This document shows positions 17,484 to 25,947 of a stretch of 30,892 nt of DNA, piece after piece. The stretch lies in contig CAZXYL010000783.1 of NCBI GenBank assembly GCA_964644915.1, positions 1 to 30,892 on the forward strand, written 5' to 3'. The notes under the pieces were generated by a model. It saw only the letters and a program-made list of their open reading frames with translations, had not been told where the DNA came from and made no database searches. The stretch comes from an uncultured Geminicoccaceae bacterium. GTDB lineage: Bacteria > Pseudomonadota > Alphaproteobacteria > Geminicoccales > Geminicoccaceae. Within the stretch, counting starts at the first letter, position 1. Each line of letters begins with the position of its first letter. A program made the position numbers and the translations under genes.

Positions 17484-17635
17484 GGTGCTACATCTCGGAC
17501 TTGATCGCCTACCGCAGAACGATCTCCTACTTGAGAATACGCGGCCGGTGATTGTGACGCGGTGCAAACGGCGCTTCGACCCGATCGGCCGTGCCTGGCC
17601 AGGGGCAACGAGACGCACAACCCGGAGGCTTTCCC

Positions 17636-18508
17636 ATGCAACGACGTCGAGCCCTGCAAGCCGCTGTCGCGCTCAGCGGCCTCCTGGCGGCATCGGTCGC
17701 GATGCCGGCCCTGGCCGACGAGATCACCGAGATCCGCTTCGGCCTGATCCCCTCGGAAGATGCCGACAAGCTGATCGCCGAATCGGAGCCGTTGATCCGC
17801 GCCTTCGAGGACGCACTCGGGATCCCCATCAAGCCCCACGTCGCCCTCGACTACACGGCCGTGGTCGAGGCCCTGCGCTCCAACCAGCTCGAGGCGGCGT
17901 TCCTCGGCCCGGCGGCCTACGTGCTGGCCAGGGACAAGGTCGACGCCCCCATCGAGCCGGTCGCGCGCGGCGTGATGGCGTATACGGGCCAAGCGGCCTA
18001 TCACATGCTGATCATCACCCAGCCAGACAGCCCGATCGAGGACCTCGACGACCTCAAGGGGCGCACCTTCGCCTTCGTCGATCCGGCCTCGACCTCCGGC
18101 GGCCTGCTGCCCAGGCTGGTGCTCGATCGGGCGGGCATAAACCCCGACGGCGACTTCTCGGCCACCTATTACTCCGGGACCCACCAGGCGTCCCTGATCG
18201 CCGTGCTCGAGAACAAGGTCGACGCGGCGGCGATCGCCGACGAGGTCTATGATCTTGCGATCCAGCGCGAGCAGATGACGGATGATGATCTGAAGATCAT
18301 CTTCAAGTCGGATCCAGTGCCCGGCTCGCCCTTCGTCATCCGCACCAATCTCCCCGAAGAGCTGCAGGAACGTCTGAGAAACGCCATTTTGCAGCTGGCC
18401 GACGTCGACTTCGGCAAGCTCGGCACGATCGAGCGGATGGAACCGGCGACCGATGCCGATTACGACATCATTCGCGAGATGACGGCCTTCCAGGAGGCGA
18501 GCCAATAG
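17636..18508 (+). CDS. phnD: Phosphonate ABC transporter periplasmic binding protein
   Basis: Signal peptide MQRRRALQAAVALSGLLAASVAMPALA; DYTAVVEAL, FVDPASTSGG (STS), SGTH; GGAGG SD at 17624-17628 supports ATG 17636. Confidence 0.92.
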   Translation: MQRRRALQAAVALSGLLAASVAMPALADEITEIRFGLIPSEDADKLIAESEPLIRAFEDALGIPIKPHVALDYTAVVEALRSNQLEAAFLGPAAYVLARDKVDAPIEPVARGVMAYTGQAAYHMLIITQPDSPIEDLDDLKGRTFAFVDPASTSGGLLPRLVLDRAGINPDGDFSATYYSGTHQASLIAVLENKVDAAAIADEVYDLAIQREQMTDDDLKIIFKSDPVPGSPFVIRTNLPEELQERLRNAILQLADVDFGKLGTIERMEPATDADYDIIREMTAFQEASQ

Positions 18509-18516
18509 ATCCCGAA

Positions 18517-18562
18517 GGTTCGGTGGGGTAGCCGGCCCTGCGGGGTCGACCGCCCCCGAACC
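18517..18562 (+). other. Imperfect GC-rich stem-loop between phnD and phnC
   Basis: GGTTCGG(TGGGG)...(CCC)CCGAACC outer stem. Hairpins after binding-protein genes commonly stabilise the upstream mRNA segment (general knowledge). Confidence 0.35.
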
Positions 18563-18613
18563 GCCTCGGGCCCGGCGCGCTGCCCGCATCGGCTACGGTC
18601 AGCGGAGAGAACG

Positions 18614-19384
18614 GTGGCCTCCATACTCCTCCAGGTCGACGGTTTGCAGAAGAGCTACGGCAGCCAGGCCGCGCTCCACGACGTCTCCTTCACCGCCGAG
18701 GCGGGCGAGTTCATCACCATTCTCGGCCGCAGCGGCGCCGGCAAATCCACCCTGATGCGCTGCATCAACCGCCTGGTGGAGCCCACCGGCGGCAGCATCC
18801 GGTTCAATGACAAGCCGCTGCCGGGCGGCGGGCGACGGCTGCGCGAGCACCGGCGCAACATCGGGATGATCTTCCAGCACTTCAATCTCGTGAAACGGCT
18901 ACCGGTCATCGAGAACGTCCTGACCGGCCGGCTCGGCTACAAGTCGCTGCTCGCGGCGTCGGTCCGCTACTTCACCCGCGAGGAGCGCCTGCATGCCCTC
19001 CAGTGCCTCGATCGCGTCGATATCGCCCACAAGGCCTTCCAGCGCTCGGACACGCTCTCGGGCGGCGAGCAGCAGCGCGTCGGCATCGCGCGCGCGCTCA
19101 ACCAGAGCCCCGTCCTCGTGCTCGCCGACGAGCCGGTGGCCAGCCTCGACCCAACCATCGCGCGCACGGTCCTGGGCTACCTGCGCCGCATCAACCAGGA
19201 GAGCGGCATCACCGTGCTGCTCAACATCCATCAGGTCAACTACGCGCGCGAGTTCGGCAGCCGCATCATCGGACTGGCGAACGGCGTGGTCGTGTACGAC
19301 GGCCACAAGGACGATCTCTCGAACGAGGTCCTCCACGAGATCTATGGCGGGGCGCCGGAGGATACCTACGGCGAGATCGGTTAG
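18614..19384 (+). CDS. phnC: Phosphonate ABC transporter ATP-binding protein
   Basis: GRSGAGKSTL, IGMIFQHFNLVKRL, LSGGEQQRVGIARAL, LADEPVASLDP, LNIHQV. Confidence 0.95.
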   Translation: MASILLQVDGLQKSYGSQAALHDVSFTAEAGEFITILGRSGAGKSTLMRCINRLVEPTGGSIRFNDKPLPGGGRRLREHRRNIGMIFQHFNLVKRLPVIENVLTGRLGYKSLLAASVRYFTREERLHALQCLDRVDIAHKAFQRSDTLSGGEQQRVGIARALNQSPVLVLADEPVASLDPTIARTVLGYLRRINQESGITVLLNIHQVNYAREFGSRIIGLANGVVVYDGHKDDLSNEVLHEIYGGAPEDTYGEIG

Positions 19385-19393
19385 GACCAATCC

Positions 19394-20251
19394 ATGTCGG
19401 CAGGAACGGCGCTTCACCAGCGGCAGGGGTCACCCGCACGGGAGGCCGCTCTCGAGCACATGCTCGATGCGGCGACGAACTCGGGCGAGAAGCGCCGGCA
19501 GCTCGTCCTACACGTGGTGCTCTACCTCATCGCGTTCGCGGTGCTCCTGTGGAGCGCCATCAAGACGAACATCAGGCCGGACAGGTTCATCGAGGGTATC
19601 CCGGCCATCGTCAACTTCCTCGGCCGCATGTTCCCGCCGAGCGCCACCTACGTCGACGTCATCTTCTGGCCCACGTTGGAGACGATCTACATCGCGCTGT
19701 GGGGCACGGTCTTCGGCATCGCCATCGCCATGCCACTGGGCCTGCTCGCGGCGCGCAACATCTCGCCGCACTGGAGCATCTATGCGGCCTCGCGCTTCGT
19801 GCTCAACACGCTGCGCGGCGTGAACGAGCTGGTCTTCGCGCTCATTTTCGTCTCCGCGGTCGGGCTCGGGCCGTTTCCGGGGGTGCTGGCGCTCGCTCTG
19901 CACAACGCGGGCATGCTCGGCAAGTTCTATGCGGAAGCGATCGAGGCCGTGGACCCGGGGCCGGTCGAGGCGATCGAAGCGACCGGCGCGCGCAAATTTC
20001 TGGTCATCCTGTACGCGATCCTGCCCCAGGTCCGGCCGCATTTCATCACCTACAATCTCTACCGGCTCGAGGTCAGCGTCCGCTCGGCCACGGTGCTGGG
20101 CCTCGTGGGCGCCGGCGGTATCGGCTTCTATCTGCTCTCCAGCTTGCGCCTGTTCGACTATCAGAACACGGCCACGGCCCTGATCGCGATCCTCATTCTC
20201 GTCATCGTCACCGATTACATCGGTGCCTTCCTGCGCAAGCGGGTGATCTGA
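19394..20251 (+). CDS. phnE: Phosphonate ABC transporter permease
   Basis: LETIYIALWGT, RGVNELVFALIFVSAVGLGPFPGVLALALHNAGMLGKFYAEAIE, RSATVLGLVGAGGIG. Confidence 0.95.
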   Translation: MSAGTALHQRQGSPAREAALEHMLDAATNSGEKRRQLVLHVVLYLIAFAVLLWSAIKTNIRPDRFIEGIPAIVNFLGRMFPPSATYVDVIFWPTLETIYIALWGTVFGIAIAMPLGLLAARNISPHWSIYAASRFVLNTLRGVNELVFALIFVSAVGLGPFPGVLALALHNAGMLGKFYAEAIEAVDPGPVEAIEATGARKFLVILYAILPQVRPHFITYNLYRLEVSVRSATVLGLVGAGGIGFYLLSSLRLFDYQNTATALIAILILVIVTDYIGAFLRKRVI

Positions 20252-20418
20252 GCGACGAGCGGCCGGCGCGTCCCCCGCCTGCGACCCAGCCGGGCTCGCT
20301 CGCGCTCCTCGTCGGCAGCCATCGCCCGAATAGCCCTTTCTCGAAGTCGGGCTTGGTCGGGATCGGCCGGCTTCGTAATGTGGTGCCTTCAATCGTGAGC
20401 CGAGAGGGGGGAGGTATC

Positions 20419-21900
20419 ATGGCACTGTCGGACGAACTCGCCTGGATGAGCGCGGCGGAACTGGCGCTCCGCGTTCGCCGGCGCGATCTGTCGCCGATGG
20501 AGGTGACAGACGCCTTCATCACGCGGATCGAGGCCCGCAACCCGAGCCTGAACGCCTTCGTCTACTTCGGCTTCGAGGACGCCCGGCGGCAGGCGAAAGC
20601 GGCCGAGCAGGCGGTGATGGCGGGCGAGGCGCTCGGGCCGCTCCACGGTGTGCCGGCCGCGATCAAGGATCTCTTCGACTTCAAGCCCGGCTGGAAGAGC
20701 ACCTTCGGCGGCGTGCGCGCGCTCAAGGACTTCACACCCGACTTCTGGTGCGCCTTCGCCGAGCGCATCGAGAAGGCGGGCGCCATTCTTCTGGGCAAGA
20801 CCAACAGCCCGGTCATGGGCTTTCGCGGCACCTGCGACAATTACCTGTTCGGGCCGGCGCGCAACCCGTTCGACGCGGCCAAGAACACCGGCGGCTCCTC
20901 GGGCGGCAGTGCCGGGGCGGTGGCGGACGGCATGCTGCCTCTCGCCGAGGGCACCGATGGCGGCGGCTCGATCCGCATCCCCGCATCCTGGTGCGGCGTC
21001 TACGGCTACAAGGCGTCCTTCGGTCGGGTGCCGTTCATCGCACGCCCCAACGCGTTCGGTGGTGATGCGCCGTTCCTGTTCGAGGGGCCGATCACGCGCA
21101 CGGTCGAGGACGCCGCCCTCGCCATGGAGGCGCTCGCGGGCTACGACTCGCGCGACCCCTACAGCCTCGACGAGCAGGTGGATTTCGTGGGGGCGACGCG
21201 TCGCGGGGTCCGCGGCTGGAAGATCGCCTACAGCCCGAACTTCGACGTCTTCCCGGTCGACCGCCGCGTCGCCGAGGTCGTGGCCAAGGCCGTGCGCGCC
21301 TTCGAGGAGGCCGGCGCCCACGTGGAAGAGGTGAAGGTCGGGATCAAGCGGCCGCAACGGGAGCTTTCCGACCTCTGGTGCCGCCTCATCATGCCGCTCA
21401 ACGTGCAGACGTTCGAGATCTTCAAGCGCAACGGCCTCGATCTGTTGCAGGATCACCGCGACGACTTCCCGCCCGAGTACCTGCGCTGGGTCGAAGCCGG
21501 ATACAAGATGTCGGCGCTGGACTTTTTCAAGGACCAGGAGATCCGCTCGGAGATTTACGACGCCGTCCAGGGCGTGCTCAATCGGTACGACCTGCTGATC
21601 ACGCCGACGCTCGCCTGTCTTGCGGTCGACAATGCCGACGACGGCAACACGATGGGGCCGCGCGCGGTCGAGGGCGAGGAGGTCGACCGGCTGATCGGCT
21701 GGTGCCTGACCTACTTCATCAATTTCTCGGGCCATCCGGCTGCCTCGATCCCGGCCGGGATGGCCGATGGGCTGCCGGTCGGCATGCAGCTCATCGGCCG
21801 GCGCTACGCCGATGCCGACGTGCTCGCCGCGAGCGCCGCCTTCGAGCGGCTGCGGCCCTGGCGCGACACCTATCAGAGGTGCGCGCAGCGGCCGCTTTGA
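20419..21900 (+). CDS. Amidase signature family enzyme (493 aa)
   Basis: C-terminal part of the 965-aa ORF-track call; ATG 20419 with GGAGG SD; AIKDLFD (Lys), TGGSSGGSAGAVA, GTDGGGSIRIPASWCG (Ser-cisSer-Lys triad), LPVGMQLIG. Confidence 0.93.
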   Translation: MALSDELAWMSAAELALRVRRRDLSPMEVTDAFITRIEARNPSLNAFVYFGFEDARRQAKAAEQAVMAGEALGPLHGVPAAIKDLFDFKPGWKSTFGGVRALKDFTPDFWCAFAERIEKAGAILLGKTNSPVMGFRGTCDNYLFGPARNPFDAAKNTGGSSGGSAGAVADGMLPLAEGTDGGGSIRIPASWCGVYGYKASFGRVPFIARPNAFGGDAPFLFEGPITRTVEDAALAMEALAGYDSRDPYSLDEQVDFVGATRRGVRGWKIAYSPNFDVFPVDRRVAEVVAKAVRAFEEAGAHVEEVKVGIKRPQRELSDLWCRLIMPLNVQTFEIFKRNGLDLLQDHRDDFPPEYLRWVEAGYKMSALDFFKDQEIRSEIYDAVQGVLNRYDLLITPTLACLAVDNADDGNTMGPRAVEGEEVDRLIGWCLTYFINFSGHPAASIPAGMADGLPVGMQLIGRRYADADVLAASAAFERLRPWRDTYQRCAQRPL

Positions 21901-21903
21901 AGC

Positions 21904-22617
21904 TCAACCCGTCTCCGCGGATCTCGCGCAGCGAAAGCCGATGTGGCGGTGGCCGGACTGCGGTGCGCGCGAGAAGCCGCTGCGGAAGAACGTCGGGTGC
22001 TCGGGCTTGGTGTCGAACACGTAATCGCCGCCGCGGGTGACCCGCTCGCCCGGATCGTCCGGGTCCTCGCGGCCGTCGGCGGGATCGTAGGGGTAGGGCT
22101 GGTAGAGCGTGCTCGTCCACTCGGCGAGGCTGCCGGCGAGGTCATGCACGCCCTCGCGTCGCCCCGGCCGGGCGCTCCCCGACCGGCTCGGTCTGCCCCC
22201 GGGCGCGGCCGAACACCGCCCGCTCGGGGGTCGGCGGCTCCTCGCCCCAGGGCCAGGTGCGCCTGCGCGGCCGCGCGCCGCCACCTCCCATTCGGCCTTG
22301 GTCGGAAGGCGCGCATCGCGCCACTCGCAACAGGCCCGCGCGCCGTGCCACGTCACCTCGGTGACCGGATGGTCGGCGAAGCCCGGCTCCGGCGCGAACT
22401 GTCCGCCCACGAGCGCGATTCGGGAATCCTGGTCGTCGAGACCGACAAAGGGACCGTTGCGCGCGCCCTGCCACTGCTCGAACAGGAGCACGGCGTCCGG
22501 TCCCTCGACGTCCTCCGGGCGCACCCGACCGGCGGGCGCGTCACTCACCACCCGGACGTCGAGCTCGTTCAGGAACTCCGCGAAGCCGGCGGCAACGAGC
22601 CGGGCGTGGGTGACCAT
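21904..22617 (-). pseudogene. Damaged formylglycine-generating-enzyme (SUMF1/FGE-sulfatase) family gene
   Basis: HPVTEVTWHGARACCEW...RLPTKAEWEVAARG and GVHDLAGSLAEW...RVTRGG...GFRCA are in the main frame, but the conserved RTWPWGEEPPTPERAVFG...PVGERPAGAT block (~22156-22265) is in another frame; the usual N-terminal part before FAEFLN is missing. Confidence 0.7.
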
Positions 22618-22751
22618 TCTCGTGCCCTCCCTGGATGCTCTCCCCTTGCAGTTAGGGGTCGGCAGCGGTCGGCAAAGGCTCGTTCCGGCGGTTTCCCCGG
22701 CTGGTCCTGGCGGTCTAGACTGAGGCCCGCCGCAACCCGGGAGGCCGCCCC

Positions 22752-25196
22752 ATGTCGTCCGATCTGCCGAGCCATGCCCGCGCCGTGATCATCGGCGGCG
22801 GGGTGGTGGGCGCGAGCGTCGCCTATCATCTGACCAAGCTCGGCTGGCGCGACGTCCTCCTGCTCGAGAGAAAGCAGCTGACCTCGGGCACGACCTGGCA
22901 CGCGGCCGGGCTGATCGGGCGGCTGCGCGCCACCGAGAGCCTGACACGCCTCGCCGCCTACTCGGCCGAGCTCTATGCGGGCCTGGAGGCCGAGACCGGG
23001 CAGTCCACGGGCTTCAAGCAGAACGGCAGCCTCGGGCTCGCGCGCACGGCCGAGCGCTTCACCGAGCTCGAGCGTGCCGCCTCCATGGGCCGGGCCTGCG
23101 GCCTCGAGGTCGACGTGCTCTCGCCCGCCGAGGCGCGCGCGCGCCATCCCTTGATCACGATCGACGATGTGGTCGGCGCCGTCTTCATCCACGGCGACGG
23201 TCAGGCGAACCCGATCGACATCACCCAGGCGCTGGCGAAGGGCGCGCGCCTGGGCGGTGCTACGATTGTCGAGAGCTGCAAGGTCATGGGCGTTCTGCGC
23301 TCGGGCGGCCGGGTCTCGGGCGTCGAGACCGAGCGGGGCCCGGTGGGCGCCGAGGTGGTGGTCAACTGCGCCGGCATGTGGGGCCGCGAGGTCGGGCGCA
23401 TGGCGGGCGTGAGCGTGCCGCTGCAGGCGTGCGAGCACTTCTACGTGCTGACCGGACCGATGGAGGACCTCCCGGGAGATCTGCCGGTGCTGCGCGACCC
23501 GGACGGGTGCCTGTACTTCAAGGAGGACGCGGGCAAGCTGCTGCTCGGGATGTTCGAGCCCGTGGCCAAGCCCTGGGGCATGGGCGGCATCCCGGAGGAC
23601 TTCGCGTTCGGCGAGCTGGCCGAGGACTGGGACCACTTCATGCCCTTCCTCGAGGATGCCATGCGGCGCATCCCGGCGCTGGAGCAGGTCGGCATCCGCA
23701 AGTTCTTCTGCGGCCCGGAGAGCTTCACGCCGGACGATCGCTACCTCCTGGGCGAGGCGCCGGAGCTCCGGGGCTTCTTCGTTGCGGCCGGCTTCAACTC
23801 GATCGGCATCCAGTCGGCGGGCGGCGCCGGCAAGGCGCTCGCGGAGTGGATCGTCGAAGGGCGGCCGTCTCTGGACCTCGCGGACGTCGACATCCGCCGC
23901 ATGCAGCCCTTCCAGAGCAACGCGCGCTATCTGCGCGAGCGCGCCGTCGAGGGGCTGGGTCTCCTCTACGCCATGCACTGGCCGTATCGGCAGTACGCGA
24001 CCGCCCGGCCGGCGCGCATCTCACCCCTGCACGAGCGGCTCGGGGCGCTGGGCGCCTGCTTCGGCGAGATGGCGGGCTGGGAGCGCCCGAACTGGTACGG
24101 CGCACCCGGCAGCACGCCCGAGTATCACTACACCTGGGGGCGCCCCGGCTGGTTCGAGAACTGGGCGGCCGAGCATCAGGGGACGCGCGAGGGCGTGGGG
24201 CTGTTCGATCTGTCCTCGTTCGCCAAGTTCCTGCTCCAGGGCCGCGATGCGGAGGCCGTGCTGCAGCGGGTGTGCGGGAACGATGTCGCGGTGGAGCCCG
24301 GCCGGGTCGTCTACACGCAGTGGCTGAACGAGCGGGGCGGGATCGAGGCCGATCTCACGGTGACGCGGCTGGCCGAGGACCGCTTCCTGATCGTGACCAG
24401 CGCCGCCAGCCAGACCCGCGATTTCGCCTGGCTGCAGCGTCACCTGCCGGACGACGCGCACGCCTTCCTCACCGACGTGACGTCGGCCTTCGCGGTGATC
24501 GGCATCATGGGGCCGAAGAGCCGGGAGGTGCTGGCACGCCTCACGAAGGCGGATCTGAGCAACACGGCCTTTCCGTTCGCAACCACGAAGGAGATCGGAC
24601 TCGGCTACACGCTCGTCCGGGCGCACCGCATCTCGTACGTGGGCGAGCTGGGCTTCGAGCTCTACGTTCCGAGCGAGTTCGCGGCGCCGCTGCTGGACTT
24701 CGTCCTGGACGAGGCGGGCGACGCGCTCACGCCAGCGGGCTTCCACGCGCTCAACTCGCTGCGGCTCGAGAAGGGCTTCCGGCATTGGGGGCACGACATC
24801 GGGCCGACGGACACGCCGCTGGAGGCCGGGCTCGGCTTTGCCGTGAGCTTCGACAAGCCGGTGCTGTTCATCGGCCGGGAGGCGCTGCTGCGCCAGCGCG
24901 AGCGCCCGCTCACCCGACGGCTGGTCCAGTTCAGGCTCACCGAGCCCGAGCCGCTTCTGTTTCACGACGAGGCGATCGTGATGGACGGCCGGCGCATCGG
25001 CCTCCTCACCTCGGGCGCCTATGGCCATACGTTCGGCGCGTCCATCGGCATGGGATATGTTCGCCTCGCGGATGCGATCACGCCCGAGCTGCTCCGTTCT
25101 GCCGGGTTCGAGATCGAAATCGCCGGCGATCGCTTCCAGGCCGAAGCCAGCCTGCGCGCGTTCTTCGACCCCGGGCACGAGCGCATGCGACGCTGA
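22752..25196 (+). CDS. GcvT-family FAD-dependent oxidoreductase (dimethylglycine/sarcosine dehydrogenase-like)
   Basis: GGGVVG FAD motif, TSGTTWHAAGL, GPESFTPD, AAGFNSIG, GWERPNW, and a C-terminal GcvT folate domain (SYVGELGFELY, NSLRLEKGFRHWG); GGAGG SD. Confidence 0.93.
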   Translation: MSSDLPSHARAVIIGGGVVGASVAYHLTKLGWRDVLLLERKQLTSGTTWHAAGLIGRLRATESLTRLAAYSAELYAGLEAETGQSTGFKQNGSLGLARTAERFTELERAASMGRACGLEVDVLSPAEARARHPLITIDDVVGAVFIHGDGQANPIDITQALAKGARLGGATIVESCKVMGVLRSGGRVSGVETERGPVGAEVVVNCAGMWGREVGRMAGVSVPLQACEHFYVLTGPMEDLPGDLPVLRDPDGCLYFKEDAGKLLLGMFEPVAKPWGMGGIPEDFAFGELAEDWDHFMPFLEDAMRRIPALEQVGIRKFFCGPESFTPDDRYLLGEAPELRGFFVAAGFNSIGIQSAGGAGKALAEWIVEGRPSLDLADVDIRRMQPFQSNARYLRERAVEGLGLLYAMHWPYRQYATARPARISPLHERLGALGACFGEMAGWERPNWYGAPGSTPEYHYTWGRPGWFENWAAEHQGTREGVGLFDLSSFAKFLLQGRDAEAVLQRVCGNDVAVEPGRVVYTQWLNERGGIEADLTVTRLAEDRFLIVTSAASQTRDFAWLQRHLPDDAHAFLTDVTSAFAVIGIMGPKSREVLARLTKADLSNTAFPFATTKEIGLGYTLVRAHRISYVGELGFELYVPSEFAAPLLDFVLDEAGDALTPAGFHALNSLRLEKGFRHWGHDIGPTDTPLEAGLGFAVSFDKPVLFIGREALLRQRERPLTRRLVQFRLTEPEPLLFHDEAIVMDGRRIGLLTSGAYGHTFGASIGMGYVRLADAITPELLRSAGFEIEIAGDRFQAEASLRAFFDPGHERMRR

Positions 25197-25318
25197 ACGG
25201 CGCACGGCCAACAGGGCGGCGATGCGTTCGGTCGCTTGCTGGAGCGCTGCGGCGGCGGGTAAACCCCGGGCCGGACCAGCGAGCCTATGTCAGGGTACGG
25301 GGTATGGACGTCCGGTGC

Positions 25319-25525
25319 CTACTCGTCACCCTTGTGCGATCGGTTGATGCGCCAGGGCAGGCGCAGGTTCGACGCGGCGATCTCGTCGAAGTGATTCGGT
25401 TCCTCGTCGGATGTGCTTTCCGCCATGCGAGGGATCTCCGGCCGCTTGCGCGGGGCCCTGGTCTCCACGTAGTCGACCTCAGGCATCCTGCGGCCGCGAC
25501 GGATCCGTTCCACCCTCACTCTCAC
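25319..25525 (-). CDS. Putative small protein, 68 aa
   Basis: GTG 25525 with GGGAG SD 6 nt upstream; GC3-rich codons; MRVRVERIRRGRRMPEVDYVETRAPRKRPEIPRMAESTSDEEPNHFDEIAASNLRLPWRINRSHKGDE; possible promoter TTGGCG-N16-TACTAT (25587-25560). Confidence 0.5.
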   Translation of the reverse strand: MRVRVERIRRGRRMPEVDYVETRAPRKRPEIPRMAESTSDEEPNHFDEIAASNLRLPWRINRSHKGDE

Positions 25526-25745
25526 CTTGATCTCCCGAGTGCCGAAGACGATGGGCGAAATAGTATGTGGTGCTTTTTTCCCGCCAAGCAAAATTCGCGT
25601 GTCGGTAGATTTTCACGTGAATGATTGCCCGCAGGTGTATCCCCGAGGCCACATGTTCTTTTGTGAATCGTGCGAAGGGCGATCATTTGGCTCCGCGAGC
25701 GGCCTGCAGCATGCGGGCGGAGCCCGATTCGAGCGCGCCGCCGGA

Positions 25746-25868
25746 TCAATCGAGGCCCGCCAGGTAGGCGGCCACGATGACGAACGGCAAGGCATAGGCG
25801 CCAGTCGCGACGACCAGGTAGCCCGCCGCCAAAAGCCGCACCACTCGTTGCCTGGATGAAGTACGCAT
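25746..25868 (-). CDS. Putative 40-aa membrane protein (absent from the ORF track)
   Basis: ATG 25868 with GGGAG SD 8 nt upstream, TGA at 25748-25746; MRTSSRQRVVRLLAAGYLVVATGAYALPFVIVAAYLAGLD has a basic N-terminus and a long hydrophobic segment. Confidence 0.6.
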   Translation of the reverse strand: MRTSSRQRVVRLLAAGYLVVATGAYALPFVIVAAYLAGLD

Positions 25869-25947
25869 CGCCCGATCTCCCGTGTCTGGCGCAACCTACC
25901 TACGGGATAGCGGGCGCTCCTGTGAGCCAGCTCACACCGGCGGAAAA

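Noticed and set aside
19003-20418. 965-aa ORF suggesting a giant amidase fusion
   Set aside because: The N-terminal part is an off-frame read-through of phnC/phnE; the amidase has its own SD and ATG at 20419.
23378-25624. 748-aa alternative-frame ORF, and other long overlapping ORFs (e.g. 8666-9943, 10182-11744, 28467-30329)
   Set aside because: Arg/Gly/Ala-rich shadow ORFs overlapping well-supported genes; expected at ~70% GC.
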